64,000 bases of DNA from Bacteroidota bacterium (GTDB taxonomy: Bacteria; Bacteroidota; Ignavibacteria; UBA10030): positions 2,886 to 66,885 of the forward strand of contig JBARRO010000048.1 in assembly GCA_049644265.1 (NCBI GenBank). Reading direction: 5' to 3'. The notes under the pieces were generated by a model. It worked only from the letters and a program-made list of their open reading frames with translations, was not told the origin of the DNA and searched no databases. Positions within the stretch are counted from its first letter, which is position 1. Each line of letters starts with the position of its first letter. A program made the translations under genes and the position numbers. This document shows positions 48,092 to 57,249 of the stretch, piece after piece.

Positions 48092-49934
48092 TGACTCTCA
48101 TCCTGTATAAACCCAAAATAAGGAATACGCCAGAGCAAAACAAACACGCCTGAGCAAAGACATCGCCATGGCGCGTGTAGAATGTCATCGTATCGTTTGT
48201 TTCAATCGTACTGATCCATCGTGCCGTGGAATTCATCTTTGTCGAAACGTGAACGATTCCCATGGGGTCCACATATTCAGAGATTCCGCCGTTTGCGCAC
48301 TGCACGACCCACCGCCTGTTTTCAATCGCCCGGAACGAAGCATACGCGGCGTGCTGGTAGGCGCCCGATGTGTTCCCCCACCAGCTGTCGTTTGTTAGCA
48401 CAACGAGGAATTGCGCCCCCTTGCGAACAAACTCTCTGACGAAATTCGGATACACCGATTCATAGCAAATCATTCCCGAATATTGCACGTCTTTCCCCGA
48501 TTTTGTCCTCATATGGTACACCAGTGTGTCCGTTCCTTTTCCCCAACTGCTGATCCCCACCTGCCACTTGAGCGGCTCTATGAGAAACTTCAGAGCACTC
48601 GCGTACGGAATTCGTTCCGCAAAGGGCACGAGGACGATCTTCTTATACACCGGACTGAGATTCCCCCCCGGCTTCACAAGAAGGGCCGCATTGTAGGTTT
48701 CGACAAACGTGCCCGACTGTCCGATGCGTTGCGCCGTCACGGAAGCATGAGCTGAATCGACGACCGTCAGATGAGTAAAGCCCGAGAACACAGGAACACC
48801 CGTGGAATCGACAATCCTCAGGAGTTCGTCCCGGTAGCCCACGTACCTGGGCAGGAGTATCGGAAACGGAATGGCCGTCTCAGGCCAGAGGACGAGGTCC
48901 GGGTCGGACGTGTCGAGCTTGCGAGTCTCGTCGAGCAACGTATTGAACTGGATCAGATACGAATCCCACTTCATTGCAAACCCCTCTCCCCACTTTTCCC
49001 ATGGGTCGAAATCCGGCTGAACAATGCCAAGGGCAAGCTCGGTGCCCGCCCTGGGAGGCGATGCCATGATTCTTCGGCCGTAGAGCCACGGGCCGATGTA
49101 CAGGAGGAGCAGGAGGAGAACAGAGACGATCGATTGCCACGACCGTTGCGTCCATCGATTTGAGGCAAAATTCTCGAGAAGAAGATAGGCGACGCCGTTA
49201 AATGCGAACAGGAGAAACGAAACGCCATAGGCAGAGGTATATTCTGCAATCTGAATCCTCACGAGATCGTATGCCTGGCTGTTTCCGACCGTCATCCAGG
49301 GAAATGAAAATTCGCCGAGGGAGTGCGCGTACTCGTACGAAATCCAGAAGAACGCAAGCGAAAAGAGTCCCGCAACAGTTCCCGCTTTTCTCCAGACAAA
49401 GAACGCAAGCAGTACGGAAGGAAAATAGAAGAATGGATGAAGCGTCACGAGTGCGACATTCGACGTGATCAGCCAAACATCGTTCGCATGGGTGTATCCC
49501 CCCGTCCAGTATACTGTCACGATATGAAACACAAGGAGAAACAGGTATGCATACCGGGCACACTGCCCGTAGGTGTGCATTCGCTGAAGGAGGAACATAA
49601 ACGGAACAAACGCGATGTAGGCAAGAGAATAGAATGGGGAAGGAGGAAACGCCAGGCCGAGAAAAAGTCCGGAGCTCACAGCGAGGATGATATTGATCCT
49701 TGATTCGCCCGCTGCCTGTGCACCGTTGATCGGACCGCCTGCCATCAGCCGCCCTTCGCAGGTTTCTTCCTGATGCGCATCCAGCTGTATTCCACAACGT
49801 GGAACAGCGCAATCATCAGCGCGCCCAGGAAGGCACCGATGACGGCCCCCCCAAGGACATCGGATGGATAGTGCACACCGACATAGACGCGTGAGAAGGC
49901 GACGAGGGCGGCAAACGAGAAGAACGCCCACCAA
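48057..49934 (-). CDS. lnt: Apolipoprotein N-acyltransferase
   Basis: N-terminal polytopic membrane domain plus C-terminal CN-hydrolase domain (E...K...C triad region ICYESVYP). Likely true start at the internal Met (MAGGPING, ~49745). The listed TTG start overlaps the PAP2 gene. Confidence 0.75.
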   Translation of the reverse strand: MVGVLLVCRPRRLLTRLCRCALSIRCPWGGRHRCLPGRADDCAVPRCGIQLDAHQEETCEGRLMAGGPINGAQAAGESRINIILAVSSGLFLGLAFPPSPFYSLAYIAFVPFMFLLQRMHTYGQCARYAYLFLLVFHIVTVYWTGGYTHANDVWLITSNVALVTLHPFFYFPSVLLAFFVWRKAGTVAGLFSLAFFWISYEYAHSLGEFSFPWMTVGNSQAYDLVRIQIAEYTSAYGVSFLLFAFNGVAYLLLENFASNRWTQRSWQSIVSVLLLLLLYIGPWLYGRRIMASPPRAGTELALGIVQPDFDPWEKWGEGFAMKWDSYLIQFNTLLDETRKLDTSDPDLVLWPETAIPFPILLPRYVGYRDELLRIVDSTGVPVFSGFTHLTVVDSAHASVTAQRIGQSGTFVETYNAALLVKPGGNLSPVYKKIVLVPFAERIPYASALKFLIEPLKWQVGISSWGKGTDTLVYHMRTKSGKDVQYSGMICYESVYPNFVREFVRKGAQFLVVLTNDSWWGNTSGAYQHAAYASFRAIENRRWVVQCANGGISEYVDPMGIVHVSTKMNSTARWISTIETNDTMTFYTRHGDVFAQACLFCSGVFLILGLYRMRVNGKSDVDRSSE

Positions 49935-50410
49935 CCTCGGGGAATGAAATAACTCAGAACGACAGCAGCCGCAAAGTTATTGACTGCGTGGGAAGAGGGA
50001 AACGCGTATCCACTTCCACAGTCGACCAGCAGATGGATTCCGGAAAGCACATGGCACGGCCTGGGCCGCTCGAGGATGAACTTGATCACCGAGCTGTTCA
50101 ACTGGTCGCTCGCGATAATCGTTAAGATCAACATGATCGCTGGGAGGCGGACGTTCTTCCCTCCCCTGACGATCATCCACACCAGAAGCAAACCGATAAG
50201 CACAAGGACGGGGCGATTCTTGTTGAGATCCGTCAAAAACGGCATGATGACGTCAAACACCCTGTTCTGCAGAGTAGTGTTGATGAAGTAGAAGATCGAT
50301 ATGTCGAGGGAATAGAGATTCATGGGGGCTGGATTACTCATCCGACGATGTTGGCGGTGAACCGGCGCCGGGCGCTCTCTTGTAGAGCCGGTATCCGACG
50401 TAGACCGCAA
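49745..50410 (-). CDS. PAP2-family membrane phosphatase (undecaprenyl-diphosphatase-like)
   Basis: KxxxxxxRP ... PSSH ... SRxxxxxHxxxD acid-phosphatase motifs (ILERPRP; PSSHAVNNF; SRVYVGVHYPSD). Likely start MNLYSLD. Confidence 0.7.
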   Translation of the reverse strand: MRSTSDTGSTRERPAPVHRQHRRMSNPAPMNLYSLDISIFYFINTTLQNRVFDVIMPFLTDLNKNRPVLVLIGLLLVWMIVRGGKNVRLPAIMLILTIIASDQLNSSVIKFILERPRPCHVLSGIHLLVDCGSGYAFPSSHAVNNFAAAVVLSYFIPRGWWAFFSFAALVAFSRVYVGVHYPSDVLGGAVIGAFLGALMIALFHVVEYSWMRIRKKPAKGG

Positions 50411-50966
50411 CGACGATGATCAGAAGGATTGTGACGATTTTACCGTAGCCCTCGAGGTACTCCACAATTTGTCTCCAGTTCTCTCCGAGCTTCCTACCCG
50501 CAAACACAAGGATTGTATTCCAGACAAGCGCACTGATCAGGGAAAGAAACGTGGTAAACCAAAACGGAAGCTCCGAGAGACCTGCGAAGAACGATACCAC
50601 AGCCCTGGTTCCGGCCAGGAACCTGTTTGCGACAATGAGCCAGTAGCCATGCAACTTGAACCACGATTCAACTTTATGGACCTGGTCGACTGGAATAAAG
50701 CGGATTTTTCCCTTTTCGAGGATTCGATCGCCGAACCAGTCGCCAATCTTATACATCGTCATGAACCCCCCCGTGCTGCCGACGGTTGCAGCCGCAAGAA
50801 TGATGGCGAACTCGACTTTTCCCAGACCGACGAGAGATCCGGCAGCCACGATGACGACATCGCTGGGGAAGGGGGGAAAAATGTTTTCCAGGTAGGCGAT
50901 ACCCGCAACAACGACATAGACCCAAAAAGGATCGAGGGAGGAGAACGTCTGAACGAATGCTTCCAC
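50334..50966 (-). CDS. DedA/SNARE-associated family membrane protein
   Basis: 210 aa. Characteristic YLENIFPPFPSDVVIVAAG re-entrant region. Confidence 0.75.
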   Translation of the reverse strand: MEAFVQTFSSLDPFWVYVVVAGIAYLENIFPPFPSDVVIVAAGSLVGLGKVEFAIILAAATVGSTGGFMTMYKIGDWFGDRILEKGKIRFIPVDQVHKVESWFKLHGYWLIVANRFLAGTRAVVSFFAGLSELPFWFTTFLSLISALVWNTILVFAGRKLGENWRQIVEYLEGYGKIVTILLIIVVAVYVGYRLYKRAPGAGSPPTSSDE

Positions 50967-50971
50967 GCAGT

Positions 50972-51511
50972 TCAGTGTTTACGAAGTGATCGGACGGCAG
51001 CAATAGCCAGGGCGGCGCAGCCCTCCCGGTTTCCCAACGCGCCCAGGCCTTCATTCGTTGTTGCCTTGACGGAAACCTGGTGTGGCCGAATCTTCAGTGC
51101 TTTCGCAATGCGTCGCTGCATTTGGGTTTTAAAGGCGGCGATTTTCGGACGCTCAAGGATCACGGTGGCGTCGACGTTTATGGTGGTGAGGTTCTTCGAT
51201 TGCAGCATCTTCCCTACCTGGGCCAGGAGCTTCAGGCTCGATATCCCATCGTATCTTTTGTCGGTGTCGGGAAAATGCCTGCCGATGTCGCCCAGAGCGG
51301 CCGCACCCAGCAGGGCATCGCAAATTGCGTGGAGTAACACGTCGGCGTCGGAGTGGCCAAGGAGCCCGTCGTTTCCGGGTATCGTGACACCGCCGAGAAC
51401 GAGCTTGCGACCTGCAGAAAACCGGTGAATGTCATACCCGAGACCGAGTCGCACGAGGGGTTCCCCGGAATTCTGCGTTTTGCTCTTTCCCGGTTTGGAT
51501 TTGCTCAACAA
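50972..51511 (-). CDS. ispF: 2-C-methyl-D-erythritol 2,4-cyclodiphosphate synthase
   Basis: LGYDIHRF ... GHSDADVLLHAICDALLGA signature. True start likely the GTG giving VRLGLGYD. Confidence 0.85.
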   Translation of the reverse strand: MLSKSKPGKSKTQNSGEPLVRLGLGYDIHRFSAGRKLVLGGVTIPGNDGLLGHSDADVLLHAICDALLGAAALGDIGRHFPDTDKRYDGISSLKLLAQVGKMLQSKNLTTINVDATVILERPKIAAFKTQMQRRIAKALKIRPHQVSVKATTNEGLGALGNREGCAALAIAAVRSLRKH

Positions 51512-51539
51512 TTCCTCAATAGTTTACCGGTTTACCAGT

Positions 51540-51863
51540 TTACCGGACGTCAAAATTCTTGAATGAGCCTTCAAATTCTTTCCATTCAATCTTCAGGTCC
51601 GAAACGTGTGCTGCACGCGGTCCGATTTTCACATCCTTCACCAATTCTTCCACCAGCGAACGGGGTCCTTCCACTTCAATCTCCACATCACCGTTGTACA
51701 TGTTACGAACAAATCCGTTCAATCCGAGCGCCTTGGCTTTCATCAGCACAAAATACCGGTAGCCGACCCCCTGGACCATTCCTTTCACCTCGATGTGTGC
51801 TCCAACATCCATAAACGAAGACGAAAATAGCACTTCTGACCTTGAAATGCAATGAACCGTCAA
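51540..51863 (-). CDS. acyP: Acylphosphatase
   Basis: VKGMVQGVGYRYFV ... GFVRN motif. Likely start MDVGAH. Confidence 0.8.
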   Translation of the reverse strand: MTVHCISRSEVLFSSSFMDVGAHIEVKGMVQGVGYRYFVLMKAKALGLNGFVRNMYNGDVEIEVEGPRSLVEELVKDVKIGPRAAHVSDLKIEWKEFEGSFKNFDVR

Positions 51864-52501
51864 GCGACAGTCAAGGAGGATTCTTCTATTTGCGAGAGAA
51901 GGAGCATTCCCCGTTTCGTACTAATTCCGGTCGACGATGACGCAAGTCGAAGCGATTTGCGCAGAGTGTCAGGACTCATTCCTGTTCTTAACGCTCCCCT
52001 CAGGTGAGAATACAGTTGTTTCTCGAATCCCTGAAGTGCAAGCACAACGACATTCACAAGCTCCCGCTCTGCGAGAGAAAGTCCGGTTCTCGTAAAAACC
52101 CTTCCGTAGGTATCACGGAGAATCCAGCGTGGAAGATTCGGGTGAAGCTTCTTCATGTTTGTCAGCACGCGGTCCGCATGCCCTCCGTAGATCTTTTTGA
52201 ACACGCGAACTCCATCCGCTCTGGATTTCGTTCCGCTCTTCGATCGTGGAACCTTCCGATGATTCAGCGCTGCGTACTGTTCCAAGCCATGAAGCATCGC
52301 GGGAAATCCGAGGAGGAGTGAAAGATGAATGAACAGTTCGGGAAGGAAACTCTCCGGGAGTTGGTCGACTTCCTTCCTTAAGAGCTGTTGTACGCGATCG
52401 CGCTCACCTACTGTATAGAGTGACGCCACGAGGATACAGATGCGTTGCCGGATGGGAAGGCCGGAATTTCGGGACGAACGCTTTGGAGGGTTTCGAGGCA
52501 T
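51860..52501 (-). CDS. Carboxymuconolactone decarboxylase (AhpD-like) family protein
   Basis: Weak CMD-family resemblance in the C-terminal half. N-terminal extent uncertain. Confidence 0.4.
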   Translation of the reverse strand: MPRNPPKRSSRNSGLPIRQRICILVASLYTVGERDRVQQLLRKEVDQLPESFLPELFIHLSLLLGFPAMLHGLEQYAALNHRKVPRSKSGTKSRADGVRVFKKIYGGHADRVLTNMKKLHPNLPRWILRDTYGRVFTRTGLSLAERELVNVVVLALQGFEKQLYSHLRGALRTGMSPDTLRKSLRLASSSTGISTKRGMLLLSQIEESSLTVA

Positions 52502-52530
52502 AAAAAAGGGACGGTTGAAACGCCGTCCCT
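52501..52530 (-). terminator. Intrinsic terminator downstream of tRNA-Leu
   Basis: Minus strand: GGGACGG-cgtttcaa-CCGTCCC followed by T6. Confidence 0.6.
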
Positions 52531-52541
52531 CAGAGTCTTGC

Positions 52542-52627
52542 TGGTGCGGAAGGCGGGACTTGAACCCGCATGCCTTGTGGGCGCCACCCCCTCAAGATGG
52601 TGTGTCTGCCAGTTCCACCACTTCCGC
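52542..52627 (-). tRNA. tRNA-Leu (anticodon GAG), type II with long variable arm, CCA encoded
   Basis: Reverse complement folds as acceptor GCGGAAG/CTTCCGC, D-stem GTG/CAC, anticodon stem CCATC/GGTGG with loop TTGAGGG, variable arm with GCC/GGC stem, T-arm GCGGG-TTCAAGT-CCCGC, then ACCA. 86 nt. Confidence 0.9.
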
Positions 52628-52896
52628 TTTTACACGGAAAATGAAGACAAACAATTGCAGCATCATTTTCTTAACGCTCAATATACGAAGATGGCTCCCG
52701 CAAGTCAAGGCAGGAAACAGAAGGCCGCCTCCAGAATCGTTTCAAATGGCGGCCCGGAGTTTCATTTTCGAGACGTCATGCAGTGGGAATGCCGCTCAAG
52801 CGAACCGGCCGTCCAGGTGTGCAGAACTCGGACGGTGCAAGTCTGCCAAAAAAGAAGTAAGATTGTTCATCCGATTGCCCTTCTGACGGAGCTATC

Positions 52897-53955
52897 ATGA
52901 TCAATCTTCGATGCGCAACAAACAACATTCTGCTCGCAGCGCTCACGCTCTTCCTCGGGATGTCGCCGGGCACCTCATGCGTCGCCGGTCCGTCAAAAAG
53001 AACAGTCCTGCTGTTTGTCGTCGACGGACTTCAGACAGACGCCGCCATGGTGGCAATCAACAACGGAGCATCGATGATGAAACTGCTCCATGATAACGGG
53101 GTGTGGGTCCGCGAGGCATACTGTTCAAGCCCTTCGGCACGACTCTATTTGCCCGACAACAGCACTCCGTGGGGAACTGCTGCACCTCCCAACGTCGCAA
53201 TGCACACCGGCACGCACGTGTTCGAATCGCGTGAGATGGACGACATTTTTCTTGCCGCCAGAAGAGCCGGGATCAAATCGGTTTTTTCAGGAAGTGCGGA
53301 TAATTACAAGGTCTTCGATACAGCGGATTTTTGTTTCGCGAGCAGCAACATGGATTCCCTCGTCATAGAGTTTGCCATCGAGCACTTGACCAAAGACCAT
53401 ACCCGACTGCTGTCCCTTCACGTTCAGCAGACAAGACGAAACTGGACGGGTCCGGCCGACATGGTGAATCCCCAATCACGCTATCAGCAGTATCTGCTTC
53501 AGGTCGACCAACTACTCGGAAAGCTGGTTCGCGCTCTTCAGTCTGAAGGAGTCTGGGACAGCACCTACGTCATCCTGTTTTCCGATCATGGGATGGGCCA
53601 GACATCTGCTTCGGAACACCCGGCGACGGAGCTCTCGTCGTGGAAGCCCTACATGAATTTCTACGGGCCGGGTATCAAAAAGGGAAAGAGTATCCCCTAC
53701 GCGGAGACGCCGGATGTTGCGATTCTTGCGGATTATTTGTTGCAGCTTTCACCGCTGGCGGGACACAAGGATCTGAAGGTGGGGATTCAGCCGCGCGGCA
53801 CAACGGGAACGTTGTTGACAAATCTTTTTGAAAACAACCCTGACGACATCAAGCATCCCCAGTTTATCCGACGATACCTGGAAAGCAGAAACTGGAGCCC
53901 TCCCGACGATTTCGCCGACTACCGGGCGGGAATGCTCAAGCTCATGGCAAAGTAA
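52897..53955 (+). CDS. Secreted alkaline-phosphatase-superfamily enzyme of the nucleotide pyrophosphatase/phosphodiesterase (NPP) type
   Basis: Signal peptide. FVVDGLQ metal-site motif and ILFSDHGM motif typical of the NPP/type I phosphodiesterase family. Confidence 0.55.
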   Translation: MINLRCATNNILLAALTLFLGMSPGTSCVAGPSKRTVLLFVVDGLQTDAAMVAINNGASMMKLLHDNGVWVREAYCSSPSARLYLPDNSTPWGTAAPPNVAMHTGTHVFESREMDDIFLAARRAGIKSVFSGSADNYKVFDTADFCFASSNMDSLVIEFAIEHLTKDHTRLLSLHVQQTRRNWTGPADMVNPQSRYQQYLLQVDQLLGKLVRALQSEGVWDSTYVILFSDHGMGQTSASEHPATELSSWKPYMNFYGPGIKKGKSIPYAETPDVAILADYLLQLSPLAGHKDLKVGIQPRGTTGTLLTNLFENNPDDIKHPQFIRRYLESRNWSPPDDFADYRAGMLKLMAK

Positions 53956-53992
53956 ATCCCAGTATCCACAGTCGCATCTCAAATCCGCTGAG

Positions 53993-54679
53993 TCACGGAA
54001 CGAGCAGTTTATAGCCCTTCCCATGCTCATTCTTGATTTCAACAGACGAGTCTGCCGCGAGATATTTTCGCAGTTTTGAAATGAAGACGTCAAGACTGCG
54101 ACCATTCGAGTAGCTGTCGTCTCCCCAGACAGAAAGGAGAAGATCCGTCCGTGGCACGGTGGTGTTCTCATTCAGGCACAAGACCTGCAGCACGAGCGAC
54201 TCCTTCGCGGTGAGCCTTCTGGTTCTCCCCCCTCTTTCAAGGATTTGGTGTTTGGAATCGAACCGCATCTTCCCCAGTGTGAAAGTCTTCGCGGCGCGCT
54301 CGTCGTCTCTGAAGCCGCTTCGCCTCAATACTGCCCGTATCCGCAACAGCAACTCTTCCGTGCTGAACGGCTTGGTAACATAGTCGTCTCCGCCTACTTT
54401 AAACCCCTCGATCCTGTCCTCTTTGAGAGATTTGGCCGTCAAGAAAATGATCGGGGTGGATATGTTGCGCTGACGAATTTCACGTGCGAATGTGAATCCA
54501 TCCTTGCGCGGCATCATCACGTCGACAAGATACAGATCATGCGAAGCCTTTGCAGCCGCACTCATTCCTTCTTCCCCGTTTGCCTTCAGGGTCACGACAA
54601 ATCCATTCGCCTCCAGTTGTTCCTGAAGGACAAACCCAAGGTTCGGGTCATCTTCCAATAGTAGAATCTTCTTTTTCAT
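53993..54679 (-). CDS. Two-component response regulator, OmpR/PhoB family
   Basis: Receiver domain (LLLEDDPNLG ... DLYLVDVMMP ... K) plus winged-helix DNA-binding domain. Confidence 0.85.
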   Translation of the reverse strand: MKKKILLLEDDPNLGFVLQEQLEANGFVVTLKANGEEGMSAAAKASHDLYLVDVMMPRKDGFTFAREIRQRNISTPIIFLTAKSLKEDRIEGFKVGGDDYVTKPFSTEELLLRIRAVLRRSGFRDDERAAKTFTLGKMRFDSKHQILERGGRTRRLTAKESLVLQVLCLNENTTVPRTDLLLSVWGDDSYSNGRSLDVFISKLRKYLAADSSVEIKNEHGKGYKLLVP

Positions 54680-56379
54680 TTGCCAACAGGAAACCGAAGT
54701 TCTACGGTTGTTCCTTTCCCCAAGTGACTCTCAATCCTTGCATCGCCGCCCACCGATTTCATGATGAGTTTTACATAGCTGAGACCAAGCCCAAATCCTT
54801 TCACGTCGTGCACATTGCCCGAAGGCACGCGGTAGTACTTGTCGAAAACCTTTCCGAGATTTTCCTCGGAGATACCCATGCCGTCATCCGTTACACGGAC
54901 GATGAACTCCCCTGATTTGTTGGTGCTTTCAACCCGGATCGAGGGGGCAGAAGGCGAATACTTTGCCGCGTTATCGAGCACGTTGCGGATGACGTTCTCC
55001 AAATGAACACGATCCCCTTCGACGACCGTCTGTCGGGCATTCAACTCTGCCGTCACGTCTCCTTCCCTGGCTGCCACCTGCAAAGTGAAGTTCTCAATAG
55101 CGTTGTTGATTACGGAGTGCATTTCCACGGGCTTCCTGTCGAACTCTACATTCCCTTCTTCCAGCAAGGCCATTTGCAGGATACGATCGACCTGATTCTT
55201 CATCCTCGTGTTTTCGTAACTGATGATGTCTTTGTACTGCGTCATCTTTGCCTTCGATCGAAGGACATCGGGGCGAGTCATCGCTTCTCCCGCCAGGCCG
55301 ATAGTCGATATGGGAGTCTTGAATTCGTGCGTCATGTTGTTGATGAACTCAGACATTCTACCCGCAAATTCCTTTTGGCGCAGGATGACCCGTACGGTGT
55401 ACCAGAAGCAGAAGACGATGAGCGCCAACAGCAGAAAGCTGGATCCCAATTCGGGCAGAAGTGCTCCCAACAGGAACGTACGATAGGTGGGGAACCTTAC
55501 CGCAAGCACACCGGGAGGCGACGTGAAATCATTCGCGAAAACAGGCCGTGCATAGTCTCGGGGAAACTCTGCGAATCGCGTGATCGCAGACCTTCCGACG
55601 ACGATCGAGTCGAGCTTGATGTCTCCGACCGCAAATTCGTACGGAAGTGCGACACCGTTGTTCTCGAGGCCTGTCTTGAGAAGTGAATCGAGGAGCTCGC
55701 AGCTGACACGTCGGGAGATTTGCGTGGGCCGCCCTGGCGCAACGGTCTCAAAAATGCGCCGGAAAATTTTCTCTTTCCTGGGGTCTCTTACATCGTACGA
55801 AAAAGCGCTGGTGTTCTTTCCAAGCCAGCGATACGTCGCATTGCCGCTGTCGGTCTTTATCTGAATGAAGAATGGCCCTTCATCGAACCGTTCCTTGGGC
55901 ACAACCAGGTGATGCTCACCTTCCCCTTTCACGACATCGACGAGCGTTGTATCCAGACGGCCCAGTGCGTTCAGAATGCGAATGGAGACCCGTTGTGGCT
56001 GGTGGAGCGTGTAGGAGAGTTGCTCTCCTGTAAGCTTGGTGGTAAGGCTGGGACTCGACGTCGTCATCACTGTCACGGAAAAGGTCGTATCCTTTTTCTT
56101 GAATGTGCGTTCCTCGTTCCCGGCAACCATCAGGGGCTGACGCGAAAGGGCGGCAGTGCTATCGCCGACCGTAAAGATCGTGTTCCTGGCGTCTATTTCC
56201 TCCAGCTTGTCCGTGGCGGAATTGAGGGCGGCATACACATTCCGCTTGAATGTCTGCTCCTTCAGCTCGGCTGCGCTCTGAAGCAGCCTGTACTGCAAAA
56301 CCACCAATCCCACAAGACCAAACACCATGAGGGTGATGAGGGCCCGAACCGTATTTCTCGACAATCGCATGGGACGCAA
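54676..56379 (-). CDS. Sensor histidine kinase
   Basis: Two TM segments flanking a periplasmic domain, HisKA H-box HEFKTPISTI and HATPase_c G-boxes (GLGLSYVKLIM). Four-base overlap with the regulator gene. Confidence 0.85.
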   Translation of the reverse strand: MRPMRLSRNTVRALITLMVFGLVGLVVLQYRLLQSAAELKEQTFKRNVYAALNSATDKLEEIDARNTIFTVGDSTAALSRQPLMVAGNEERTFKKKDTTFSVTVMTTSSPSLTTKLTGEQLSYTLHQPQRVSIRILNALGRLDTTLVDVVKGEGEHHLVVPKERFDEGPFFIQIKTDSGNATYRWLGKNTSAFSYDVRDPRKEKIFRRIFETVAPGRPTQISRRVSCELLDSLLKTGLENNGVALPYEFAVGDIKLDSIVVGRSAITRFAEFPRDYARPVFANDFTSPPGVLAVRFPTYRTFLLGALLPELGSSFLLLALIVFCFWYTVRVILRQKEFAGRMSEFINNMTHEFKTPISTIGLAGEAMTRPDVLRSKAKMTQYKDIISYENTRMKNQVDRILQMALLEEGNVEFDRKPVEMHSVINNAIENFTLQVAAREGDVTAELNARQTVVEGDRVHLENVIRNVLDNAAKYSPSAPSIRVESTNKSGEFIVRVTDDGMGISEENLGKVFDKYYRVPSGNVHDVKGFGLGLSYVKLIMKSVGGDARIESHLGKGTTVELRFPVGK

Positions 56380-56532
56380 TATACAAGAACTTGAAATTCC
56401 GATCCACCGTCTTCACAATTCTTAACAATTCCTCACACAACTTAACTTTGTTCTGCGAATCCTTTTGATGAAGTTGTTCGTCCGTAAGGGTAGTTCAGAT
56501 ATTCATTTTCATTTCTTTCAAGAAAGGATCCT

Positions 56533-57249
56533 ATGAAGTCAGGTGTATTGTCCATCGTTGCGGCTCTTGGATTCATCGGCTGTTCCTCCCTTGTCGCGCA
56601 GGAAAGCTCCCCTCCTGGCAAACGACAGACCTTCCAGACAGGGGGCGACAATGCCGTCGTCATCGGGGAGCTGGGAGTGATCATTTCCCTTGACGGCGAG
56701 AAGCTTACCGTCAAGGCGCTCTTGCCCAGTCCGAAGGACCCGAAGGAAGTCCCCGTCGATATCGCCATCGGCGATGAGATTGCCATGACAAACGGCAAGC
56801 GCGTCCGATCGATCGGGGAGTTGAAGGAATTGTACGAGTCCACGCCCGTCGGAAACGAATGCAAACTCGGCGTTCGCCGAGAAGGCCAGCCACACATCGT
56901 TACATTCCTGAAGAAGGAAGCCAAGGATTTTCCACAGAAAATGATCGTCCGCAGGCAGGGGAATGATGACCATGGGGATTTCTTCCCTGCACTCGGGATT
57001 GGCATTGCAGAACGGGGATCCGACGTCATCGTTTCCAATGTCTTGCCCAATGCACCGAAGGAGATCAGCAAGGGCGACGTTCTTAAGACATTGAACAACA
57101 AGCGAATCAGCAAGGCATCAGACTTCTCAAAGGAATTCGATGCGACGAACGTTGGCGGCAAACTCGTGCTCGGGCTCGAGAGAGACGGAAAGGCGTTTAC
57201 CATCTCTACCACCCGACCCAAACCAAAAATGCAGGTCATTACGAAATGA
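56533..57249 (+). CDS. Lipoprotein with PDZ-like domains
   Basis: Lipoprotein signal (LGFIGCSS) and two PDZ-like segments (GDEIAMTNGKRVRSIGEL ... GDVLKTLNNKRISKASDF). Confidence 0.5.
   Translation: MKSGVLSIVAALGFIGCSSLVAQESSPPGKRQTFQTGGDNAVVIGELGVIISLDGEKLTVKALLPSPKDPKEVPVDIAIGDEIAMTNGKRVRSIGELKELYESTPVGNECKLGVRREGQPHIVTFLKKEAKDFPQKMIVRRQGNDDHGDFFPALGIGIAERGSDVIVSNVLPNAPKEISKGDVLKTLNNKRISKASDFSKEFDATNVGGKLVLGLERDGKAFTISTTRPKPKMQVITK

Noticed and set aside
56380-56532. Possible heptad periodicity in the divergent HK/PDZ promoter region
   Set aside because: Only a short stretch (TTCATTT TCATTTC TTTC) is in 7-nt phase. The CAATTC-containing part has ~10-bp spacing instead. This is not comparable to the four long in-phase arrays.
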